Positions 53,561 through 64,000 of a stretch of DNA of 64,000 nt are shown one piece after another. The position numbers and the translations under genes were made by a program. This DNA is from Blasia pusilla (Eukaryota). Every line of letters starts with the position of its first letter. Position 1 is the stretch's first letter. The DNA lies in assembly GCA_050084515.1 (NCBI GenBank), contig CM114271.1, positions 22,382,001-22,446,000 on the forward strand. The letters are read 5' to 3'. The notes under the pieces are model-generated. The model saw nothing but the letters and a program-made list of their open reading frames with translations, did not search any database and was not told where the DNA came from.

Positions 53561-53578
53561 CTCTCAGTGGAAGCACCA
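53561..53578 (-). promoter_or_regulatory. Primer-binding site of family B (tRNA-Thr-like)
   Basis: TGGTGCTTCCACTGAGAG lies 2 nt after the 5' LTR. Its complement CTCTCAGTGGAAGCACCA resembles the 3' end of plant cytosolic tRNA-Thr(AGU) as I recall it. Confidence 0.75.
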
Positions 53579-54851
53579 TTTATTGTGTCGAGAATCTTTC
53601 TTCGAGCAAGGGCGGGCCTTCTAGCTGCGGTAGATGCGGTCGATGCAAGGTGAACTCTCTAATAAGTTCTCCTTTTTCAATACAAAATTATGATGTACAC
53701 TCTCCATTCTCTCACGACAGGTATCACAAATGGAAGTGCCGAGGCGATCACTTCTTCGTAACATCGGACCCCGAAATTCCTAACTATAAAATCCCTATAA
53801 ACTATTTTACGTTTGTACACGAGGAAGATAGCACAACTAGTGTTAAACCCTACTTGACCAGGCCTATTGACATCCATGGATCGCTATATAAGGACATACA
53901 AAGTACAATCCCATGTCCTTCCATATGTGACGATAGGAAGAATCACCGGAGTTGGAGATTGCATGACTGGTTCATGAACGCCTCCCAAAGTGATAAACTA
54001 AATAGCGAGTGAACAAAGTGCCTATCTACAAAGAGTACCTTGACATGGTAAGGATTGAGGAAAGGAAAGTCGGGCACAGCTCGTGCTCCACCCCTATCCA
54101 TGCTTGACACACATTCTCTACTCTCCTCAAGAATGGGTTTTGGCGGAGTTATTCTCCCAAGAGGGGTAATCCACTCTCATTGGGGAAGTAACAAGCCAAA
54201 ACTTCCGCTATTTTAGTATGACTAAACTCCTCTACGGTGACAAACCTCTCATCCCCACACACACACACCACACTCTAGAAATCTCTCAAAGAATAGACCA
54301 TAGTCAAGTTACTCTCCCAAGAGGGGTGATCCACTCTCATTGGAAGAGCAAGCAATCCCAAAGCCATACACTCAAGAGAGACACGAGAGACTCAAGATGT
54401 GGAATAGAAGGATATGAACCCTTGAAGGTCCCTCCTCTTTATATACTCACAAGGATCCACAAGAGTACTAAATAGAGCTTATCTTATCTTGTGCCACATG
54501 GCTTCCTCTCAAGGCTTAGCCAATCACATTTTGACACAAGTAGATTTCCTCTTATCTCTTCCAAAATATCCTCTTTTACCCACATGATATTTTCCAAATT
54601 ACCCCAACTAACCTAGCCACCAACCAAGACTACTTTTGCTTTTCATTAAAGCAACTACTTTACTTTTATAAAGTCATCTTTTATTTATTACCTCCTTTTC
54701 CTAAAGTTGGGCCCGCATAAAAGAGGCACCATAAAGAGGTTTAAACATAAGAATCTCCTTTTTCTAAGCCAATTTACTTAATACTAATGAAACTCTATCT
54801 AACACTTAATGACGAACGAGTTTACACACTGGTTGATTTTACTATACGACA

Positions 54852-57800
54852 ACGTGTAGAGGAGTGTGTTAATGATCCACCATACACATTGAGTGGTCCT
54901 ACCACTTGGGCGTACGAGATGGACGACCGGGATAGAGGATCGCGTAGGTTTTCGGGTGCTGTACGCACCATAGAGCTACACGACTTCATTGCAGAGTTTA
55001 GGAGTTGGTGTGACTCACAGCGGGCTAGGAACTCTAGAGAGTTCAACCCATTTACAACATGGAACGGTATGTTCTAGCATTTAGAGGGGACACCCATGGA
55101 CGATTAGCATGAGTTCTCCCACATATATGCCCAGGAGATTGAGGCATGGCAACTCTACTATGATCCACACTATGTGTCATGGACGGAGCCGTTCCCAGAT
55201 GAGGAGGAGGAGTTAAGAGAGGCTACTTCCTCTTCCACTAGTGACTTTTTAGGAGGGATCACTCGCACTGGAGCAATTGCAACGTCTAGTCGAGTTCGTC
55301 CCAGGTTCAACCTCGTGGTTGAGTTCTTTGCTGAGTTGAGGGCTAGCTACTAAGGGGTACGGACGGAGAAGTTGCAGAGCATCCACGACTTCCAGAGGCG
55401 CCCGGGTGAGAGTTTGCGTGAGGCTTACACTCACTTGCACCGGTTGATCAACGTCACTCAAGGGGTGACAGAGGCTTAGGCTATCCAGTCATGGTACGCG
55501 ATGCTGGACCGGACCCTACGGACATAGGTGCGGGAGGGGTACTTCTTATGAACACCTCCCCTACGTTGAGAGATTTTTTTAGGACCGCCAAGAACATTGA
55601 GCGCAACATGGCAAAGGAGAGCGTAGCCACCATGGGTTCTGGGCGAGAGCAGTAGCCATTGTATGCACCACCTGTGTAGCAACGTGGACTCCAAGATAGG
55701 TCAACTTTGGCACCACGAGCTCACGGAGGGTACCAGGAGGCTGTGCCATAGAGACCTGCGCCTTCATATGCGGCTGAGGAACAACCGCCTACTGTTACTT
55801 GTTGGTCATGTGGTGGAGCCCGTCATCAATGCGATTGCACTCGTCAAGGTCATGGACGTGTGCCTCAGCATGGAGGAGGAGATGGTGCTGCACTAGGAGG
55901 TTATCAGTGTGACTATTGTCAGAGGTATGGTCATACACGTGCCAGGTGTTTCATTTTACATCATGAGTTACGTCCGGACCGAGGGCCAGAGAGGGCACTA
56001 GAGCGAGTAGCCGGTTTGGGTAGGCCTAGAGATCGTGCACGTGGTGGTTCCGTTGGGGGACGAGGATGTAGAGTTGCCCAACAGGGTGGTGGAGCTGCCC
56101 GTGGAGGAGGTAGAGTCCCACCACCTAGACGCGTCGAGGAAGATGCGGCGCGTGAGGCTAGGATGGCTGCTCAGATACATCAGCTCCAAGAGCAAATTGC
56201 CACTATGGCATTGAGATTACCCGATGTCGGATCTGTGGCATCGACATCATATGGAGCATCCTGAGATATGCAGGATCCTGGTTGGATGTGCGGGGTTGCC
56301 CAAATGGAGGCAGCCGCAATTGTGATGCGTGGAGCAGCCGTAGAGTTGGATCCACAGCGAGGGGAAGCTAGGAAACATACTAGGCTTCCTCAATCTTTCA
56401 CGTTCTCCGAGGTGATGAGGCCCCTATTGATGGGTCCTTATCAGAGGTCCTAGAGAGTTGGTGATGTTGTTGGTGTGCACGCACGGAGGGCAATGGAAGA
56501 AGCAAGTGCGACAACTCCTATTGTTGATGCTCAGGAGGGGCATGTGTCGAGCACGTTGTTGGGGGCGGCCACCATTGTGTATCGCGCTCCTTTATTTTCT
56601 CCTTCCGATGTTATGACGTTGGGAGGTACCCCCGCCGAGGCTTTTCGGCTGGCCGCTACGCTATGTGAGCATGGAGTTGGAGTTCCTGCATCACATTCAG
56701 AGGTGATTGCAGAGGAGGTGATGGACCTGCCCTTGGAGCGGATGCTCGGGCCGTCCACGTCAGATTCATGGTAGGCTGCGGCTGCTAGGCTAGCAGAGAT
56801 GCCTGCTAGACCCGCGATAGAGCATGCCATGGCTTCTCTTGGTATTGTGTTGCTGGATAACCGAGGAGTGGTCTTCCAGTTGGTCAGTCCCGGAGGTAGA
56901 GCATTTAGTCCGTAGCGCATTTTGTTGGATTCAGGAGCGCAACCCTTGATGTTGGGGAAAGCGTCATTCAGAGGATTGGGCTTGACGAGAGCCGATGTGG
57001 AGCGTTGTCCATTCCAGATACAAACATCCTTGGGTGGAGCAAGTACCACATAGTATATCACCCGACACGAGGTCGTGGTAAGGATTCGCCCGGGACATCC
57101 TACAGATGAGTCCGTGGTGCAAGCCAAGGCGATAGTGACTGATGTAGAGTCCTACGACGTCTTGGTTGGTGGAGCAGTGTTATACCCGATGGGATTTTCC
57201 CTGGATTACTAGAAGGAGTCAGTGTCCTACAGACTAGGATGGCACTCACGTGATGGGCGCCTTAGCTCATTACCCGTTCGATTCACAAGTGCAATGATAG
57301 AGCAACGGGTAGGAGAGATGGCGACCTTAGCAGCATTTAGCAGTGCCATCACTTGGCCCAATGATTTGATTGAGGGACCTGTCCATGCAGAGGATACTCC
57401 CGTTCCTGACATTTCTATGGAGAGGAGTGTCATGGTAGCCGCATCATTCCGTGGAGGAGAGGTGCCGCTGTGGGGCTCGAATGAGGAGCTTCGACGATTG
57501 GCAGATGAGCACGTGCAAACCGCGTGGAGCGAGGCATTTGCACCGGAGCATGACGGGTCTGAGGAACCTGAGGTAGTAGGGAGTGCTATGATGACACCCT
57601 TGGATACCACACCCATTGTGTGGTGTACCTCGGAGGAGGGTATTTGAATGTTAGATCTCTTTGGAGGGATTAGCACCGGGTTAGTTGCTGTTTTGCAGGC
57701 AGGAGTGTGAGTACAGCAGTACCTGTATGTGGAGAGTGATGATGTTGCGAGGCACGTCTCACTACAACATGTGGCATAGTTATGCCTACGTTTTCCTGAC

Positions 57801-60800
57801 TTATTTTCTCCGTCCGCCATACATGGATACCTGAGTTACCTACCGAGGGATATTTCGTTGCTGGGGGTGCAGGACTTAGAGCGGGTAGGGACCATTGATT
57901 TGGTCATTGCCGGTTGGCCATGTCAGGGCCAATCGAGTGCTAGACGAGGCAGCAGGTTGGCTGACACTCGATCTAGGTTTTTTTGGGAGATGTTGAGGGT
58001 CTTACGGAAGTTGCAGGAGCACCAGTCTCGTTCTCCAGCCTAAATTCTGGAGAATGTGCCGATCTTAGGAGACTCCAGGTCATAGGTGGTGATGAGTCCT
58101 CATCAAGTCGGTGCTTGGATCGGCCCAACAGTGTTCTTGGATACGGCGAGTGTAGGTTCTAGAGCCCATTTCCTGCGTCTATGGTGGACCAACTTGGTGC
58201 CCCATGTGGTGTTACGGAGGGCGTATGCAAGAGTGGAGCGCCCCTCCCATTTGGTGGAGCCCAACGCCAACGAGAGAGAGCGGGCGATGGGATTTCCTAC
58301 AGGAGTGACGGAAGGAGATCGACACACCAGGGAAGATCGGAAGAGACTCCCTTGGACTTCTTGGGATGTTTTGCAGGTATGTGAGGAGATGATAGCCACA
58401 ACATCGAGCGTGGTTCCGGGCACTGCATGTGGAGGAGATCAGAGTTTGTAGTTGGCTGCAGGAGAGCGGTTGAGTGTTGTTGTTCAAGACGGGGTTGCAC
58501 CATAGCAACCACCGATACCCGTGCCGGAGAGTCCTATTGTAGTCACGATGGAGACTTGGGAGCTAGATATAGGCCCTAAGTTGAGAGGAGGAGAGCGGCG
58601 CCGAATACATAAGTTCCTCAAGAGTTATAGGAGTTGTTTTACGTTTAGCATGGAGGATTTGGGTATGTTGAAGGGACCGGGGATCTGCATTGAGTTGTCG
58701 AGTGATACGCCGATCTTTTGACGACCCTACAAGTATAATGATATGGAGAATCCTCTGATTCAGAGTAGGAGCCAGGACTTGGTCGGAGCAGGACTAGTGG
58801 AGATGTCGCATGGGGAGTATGCATCTGCCACTGTCATGCCCGCCAAGAAGGATGTGCATGGCAACTGGACGGATAGGCGGATGTGTGGGGATTATCGACC
58901 TATCAATCGGCAAACAAAGTCCGATAGGCATGCCATGCCCACCCCTGAGGAAATCTTTGATGCGATTGGTCATGCAAAGGTCTTTAGTTCATTGGATTTG
59001 CGAACCGGATACCATCAGTTGCCTATCAGATTTGAGGACACGTAGAAGATGGCATTTTGGGGCATCGATCCTCATAGGAAGGATTTTTTGTACCAATGGT
59101 AGTTCTTACTATTTGGGTTAAAGAACGCCTTGGCGGAGTTTCACAGGGTCATACATAGGATCTTGGCTGGTCTGGATTTTGCTAGGTCTTATATTGATGA
59201 CATCGTAGTCTTTAGCGCCATGGTTGAGGAGCATGAGCGATATCTAGAGGAGGTGTTTTGACGATTGCAATTACATGGGCTGAAGCTATATCCAGGCAAG
59301 TGCAAGTTCTTCTACGACCAGATTGAGTACTTGGGTCATATGACATACCCAGGGGGCCTTGGTGTTCAGCACACGAAGGTAGAGGCTATCTCATGCATTC
59401 CACGCCCTACAGATGTGAGTTGTGTTCACGCATTCATGGGATTGGCAAACTTCTAACGGCTGTACGTCAAGGGATTCAGTTTGATTGCGAAGTTGCTAAT
59501 CTTGCTGGCCAAGGTGGATCACGAGTCGCACTGGGGGGATGAGCACGAGCGAGCATTTTAGTCGCTCTAGGACAAGTTGATGTCCGTGCCCATCTTGAGG
59601 AGACCGATCAGGGGGCATCCTTTCCAGTTGCACACAGATTGGAGCATGTTGGGGCTTAGCGCGGTGCTCACCCAGCATGATGATGAGGGTAGAGAGTTCG
59701 TGGTGGCTTACGCTAGCCGCTCGAACAACGCTGTAGAGTACAGCTTGTATGAGGGTGAGTGCTTGGCTGCAGTGTGCTTGGCTGGTGGAGAGTCCTTGGA
59801 TACCAAGGCCAGTGAGGAGACCACAGGTGGCAGAGATATTCATGATGATAGAGTAGTCTTGGAGTACCTTTGTACTGGCAGCGTTGCGAGCACCATGGAT
59901 GCTAGAGAGCGGGATCGGATCCTACAGCGGGCTAGACGGTTCCGTTGGGAGGGGACACATGTTTTGAGGGTTTGGGAGGATGGTAGAGTTCGCATAGTGC
60001 CGGATCCTTTGCTGAGAGCACGACTAGTGCAGCATGCATACGAGGAGTTGGGTCACTTTGGGGTGAAGCGGACGTACAGCTTGCTCCAGATTCAGTATTG
60101 GTGGCGAGGCAAAGAGATTGACGTTCAGCAGTTTGTTGCCAAATGCATGGTGTGTGATCGGGTCCGAGCATCGTTCAATGCTCCGACTCCACAGTTGTAT
60201 CCATTACCTATCATGGGCTTAGGGTGTAGATGGAGTTTGGATTTTGCAGGACCTTTGCCTTTGACGGAGCGTCACAATCGTTATGTGCTGGTGATGGTGG
60301 AGCACTTCTCGAAGTGGATCAAGTTGGTTGCATTTCCTGACAAAGCGAGTGAGGGAGTAGCATATGCCTTCCTTGACAGAGTGTTGAGTCATTATGGCGC
60401 ACCGGCTGAGGTGTTGACAGAGCAGGGTATCGAGTTTCGCGGTGAGTTCCAGGCCTTGTGTGATCAGGCGCTGATCAACCACCGCACGACTTCGCGAGAT
60501 CATCTTGAGGCGGATGGATTAGAGGAGAGATTTGTGCAGACGGTGAAGAGGGGCTTACGTAAGTATGGCTTGTAGAGAGGTCACCTAGGAGATTGGGACC
60601 TCTAATTGCCGTGGTTGGCGATGGGATACAGATTCAACAGGAAGGCATCCTTAGCGTCTTTTTCACCATACTTGCTACTTTATGGCCGAGAGCCAAATTT
60701 ACCAGCGGCCATTCGTCAAGATGCTAGTGAGGTCCTAGACCTTGATGACCCAGATGTATGGATGCAAGCATGTTCTCAGAGGGCTGAGTTGTTTTAGAGA

Positions 60801-61277
60801 GTGATGCCCATGGCGTTCGAGAACTTGGCGATTGCGCAACATCGGGATACGTTGAGGTATGCGACTGTTCGGGATGGTGGTTATCAACCAACTATGTGGA
60901 GGTTTCATCAGGGAGATTATGTCTACTTGCAGCAGACGACACCGACGATGTTGGATGTGATAGTAGGACACACTATCCCGAGAATGCGTGACGTTTTGTC
61001 ATCCGGTGTTCTCTTGCAGGAGGGATGCGATGGTATGGTATGGAAGGACCATGTGCATAATTATGCGCCATGTCACCTTCCTAACATTGATGGTACAATA
61101 GATCCGAGCTTAGCAGTAGTTCTTGCAGGCTTGCATTGTATGTTGTGTGGTTCTGCCCGTGGTGCGGCCACGATGCTAGTATGTGATGGATGCTCGAGAG
61201 GTTGGCATATGGCATGTCTGATGCCACCTCTCACTAGGTTTCCTTGGGGATGATGGATGTGTCCCAGATGTACAAAG
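54852..61277 (+). pseudogene. Gag-Pol of copy 3: Gag/Zn knuckle-protease-DNMT-RT-RNaseH-integrase-PHD
   Basis: ORF-track fragments starting at 55860, 56268, 56475, 57222, 57858, 58086, 58521, 58743, 59265, 59577, 60606 and 60801 all share one frame, broken only by stops. Motifs CDYCQRYGHTRARC, LLDSGA, LDLFGGI, GWPCQG, ENVP, YIDD, HTDWS, WSLDFAGP, CDGCSRGWHMAC. Confidence 0.92.
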
Positions 61278-61591
61278 AGGAGATACTAGGTAGGTTTCGA
61301 TTCTGACTTTTTTTGTGAGATGGATGACAGGAAGGCGACTAACGATGGGGCCACATGAGCACACGGCCTTTCTGCTCTTAGCATCCTAGAGATGTATGTC
61401 ATGGTAGGTAGGGATAGATGGCTATCTGGAGTTAGAGGGACCTAACCACCAGCTAGGGGGGCGATTGGAGATATTTTGGCACTTATCGCCTCTGTGTATG
61501 GATGCCATGAGTTAGCATGGGATCGTGTGTGTTTGTGTGTGTGTTCGATGATAGTGATGTATGTTGTGTAGCGATGCGTATGTGCACGACA

Positions 61592-61772
61592 TCTCTCTCC
61601 TTGAGGTATAACCCTCCCCTCCTCCAAGGTTCCTCCATGGTAACCTATGCTCCCAAGTCACCTCCTTGGCTCTTGACCTAATGTAGGAGGTCAAAGGCTA
61701 CTTACCAAAATTATAAATTTGACCATATAGTCAAAATGGTACTTACCTAAAATAATATATTCTTCAATATGG
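61592..61772 (-). repeat. Displaced remainder of the copy 2 A1 repeat
   Basis: Collinear with 34841-35022. Truncated at a tandem duplication with a ~34-bp period (61772-61835). Confidence 0.85.
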
Positions 61773-63019
61773 CCTTGATCGATCTCCCCAAGTTGCTTGC
61801 CCCAAGCCTTGATCGATCTCCCCAAGTTGCTTGCCTATACCTTAGTGTGTTAGTTAATTCCTTAGTGTGCATTTCTTAACTCAAACCTAAAACACCGCCA
61901 AACATGCATCACGATTAGTTCCTTGTTCAAGGACTTGAGTGTCTAGGGAGGTAGAGTGTCCCCCTCCCTCCCTATAGGTACTTCTAAGATTCTCCATGAG
62001 AAACCCAACTTCCCCTATGTCCCCCTTGGGCCATGGATTTTGGCCCTCAATCCAAATATAGTTCACAATCTATGGATCGACGTTTTATTGGTTATCTATC
62101 AAGTTGGCTTGGCAGAGGCTTTTGGTAGATTAAGTAGCTTTCTGCTCCCCAAATGCATCTTGTTACTTGGACTTGCATTTCATTTGTCTCATAGCTAGTG
62201 CCGGTCTTGACTCCTTTTTTGGCGTATCATGGTTGTCTTGCCGCCCATTACATTTCGTGACTAGTCTCAAGACGTCTCACCCATCTTGATTACTGGTGTG
62301 TTCCTTGCTTCAAGCCCTTAACTTGACACTTGGCTCCAAGGTCTCAAAACTTGCTTGCCTTGCCTTTGTCCACAGGAGTAGCTACACCTCTTTCGTGCCT
62401 AAATCTAGTCTTAAGACACGTGCAGGTCTTGCCTAGCGTTAGTCCCACGAAAGGGTTCCGCCCCCTTTCATAATCTCATGACTAACTAGTCTAGGTTTCG
62501 ACTTAGGTGAGTCACAACAAGATCTTTCCTCTTTGGACTTGCAATCATGACTCGCTTCTCTAGTTCTCGCTAGAATGGACAAGTAAGTCGAAAACCTCTT
62601 CCACTTGAGTTGACCCTCTTGAAGACACAATAGGTAATCCCTCAGTTGAATTCACCAACGCCTTTGGTTTTGGCCTATTTCCTCACAGGACATCCAAGCC
62701 TACGCCAATCTTATCTATCTCGATGTGTCGATTCGTACTAAGTACATTATACTTAGACTTGAATTTCCATAACAAACCGTGTCAAGCTCAACCATAACAA
62801 GTAAATCCATCTCAATAAAAACATTCAAAACTCATTCCTCATTCAAGAAAAAATTTGGACACTTTATTGAATTCTTGGACTTTTCCAAATTTTTGCATAC
62901 CATTAACATGATACTCCAAATAAAAATTTAGACAATGAAAATCCTACAAACTAGGCCACTACGATCAAGCTATGCACCAAACTCTAGTCTCACCATCTAC
63001 CTTCCCTTCAATTTTCTAC

Positions 63020-64000
63020 TTCTATATTTGTCTAGAATTTGAAGTTCCTTTCCATAAGTCAAATTTCTTTTTGGTTCCCATGTTCTTTTGAATAAATCAT
63101 AACCTTTCTACACCACGAAGTACTTGTTTACAAATCTTTTTCCTCTCTTTACTCTATGCTCATCTTGGTCTTTGACTATGGTTGGGTCGGATCGTATCAG
63201 TCCTCTCCAAGAAGAGTCTTGATCATCCACAAATGACTTTAATTCACTTATATGGAACACATCATGAACTCACCTTATCTCCAAGAACAACCTCAATTGG
63301 TATGACACCTCTTAATCTTTTTAATATCTCAAAGGGTCATGCATATTCTATTTTCGCATCATCTTCCAAGAGATACTTGAAAATAATTGGGGAGACCTTA
63401 GTCTTATCTAGAAAAGATGCCCAAAAAAGCCCAAGATATTCAAGAACTTATCTATAATAGATCCCCAAGATAGGCATGGGCGTGTTCTAACGATGCAGGC
63501 CTCTTAGCATGCAATCACATGCCAAGAAATGCTCCATTATCATAATGGAACTCCTGAATTGAGATGCCATTAGTTCTTCAAACCAAGTTGGGGTTCTAGG
63601 ATTGAATCCCACCACCAAAAAAATTTTCTGTATCTTTTCTCTAAATCCATGGAAATATTCTACTTTAACTGTGCCATAGGCATCTTCTTTTCCCAATTTT
63701 TTTGATCTATCAAAATAGAGTTTCACCACTACTCCTCAAGTACTAAGTTTACAAATTTTGCTCGACCTTTTGTGTTTGAGTGATAACTTGAACGTAGGAG
63801 CAAATCTGCTCCTTGAGTCATAAGCAAACACATCCAAAACTTAGAGACAAACTTGGGATCCCAATCAGACATTAAATCACTTGGAAAACACAAATTTTTG
63901 AAAATATTGCTAAATAAAAATGAGTGGCTTCCCATGAGGTAATTGTATTTCAAGTCAAAATGGAAACTCTTAGCTTAGAAATTGCTCTACCACTACCATG
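63020..64000 (-). pseudogene. Chromovirus-type Ty3/gypsy integrase and chromodomain remnant
   Basis: Integrase core SDWDPKFVSKFW...SSYHSNTKG, and chromodomain KYFVV*KGY....TWEP at ~63130-63070. Confidence 0.85.

Larger units (their letters stand above)
46358..54851 (-). mobile_element. Family B full-length Ty3/gypsy LTR retrotransposon (non-chromovirus, Phygy-like), 8494 bp
   Basis: Near-identical LTRs at 53581-54851 (5') and 46358-47630 (3'), plus PBS, PPT and TSD GCGT/ACGT. Nested in the gag of family A copy 3. The lineage label is an impression from the motifs. Confidence 0.97.
44040..61591 (+). mobile_element. Family A Ty3/gypsy copy 3, both ends present, inserted antisense into the A1 repeat of copy 2
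   Basis: Starts T(A)TCACG (A1 44040-44602) and ends GCACGACA (B 61464-61591). The flanks rejoin to the sequence seen intact at 34831-34860, with an apparent 4-bp TSD TCTC. The gag start at 46208 is interrupted by family B. Confidence 0.9.

Noticed and set aside
56531-57820. Long antisense ORFs (198 and 197 aa; also 40890-41486)
   Set aside because: These are shadows of the GC-rich pol frame with no domain features.

Overview
This is eukaryotic nuclear DNA, most likely from a bryophyte; a mitochondrial insertion hints at a liverwort. It is dominated by nested, decayed transposons around one intact host gene, a small LysM protein at 28185-30152. (1) 1-~10720: a Mutator-like DNA transposon with two divergent spliced genes, a GCM/DDE/SWIM transposase (+) and a ParB-like plus amino-methyltransferase-like protein (-). 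Their introns are packed with a 29-bp palindrome, TGCAACCCGTCGGA-N-TCCGACGGGTTGCA. (2) A Copia RT/RNaseH remnant. (3) Three copies, plus one diverged relative, of a Ty3/gypsy element ('family A'). Its polyprotein reads Gag-protease-C5 DNA methyltransferase-RT-RNaseH-integrase-PHD finger. It lacks paired LTRs and a visible PBS; instead the ends look like split direct repeats, A1...B1-nn-A2-B2, with a CA-nn-TG internal junction. I know this layout only from tyrosine-recombinase retroelements, and it is the best candidate here for an undescribed system. (4) A second gypsy family ('B'): one young full-length copy and two solo LTRs, all with CG-centred 4-bp TSDs. (5) A third LTR family ('C'), a mosaic NUMT (trnT, nad7 and rrn18 fragments) and a chromovirus remnant at the right edge. 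All domain calls come from motif recognition by eye; no searches were run.
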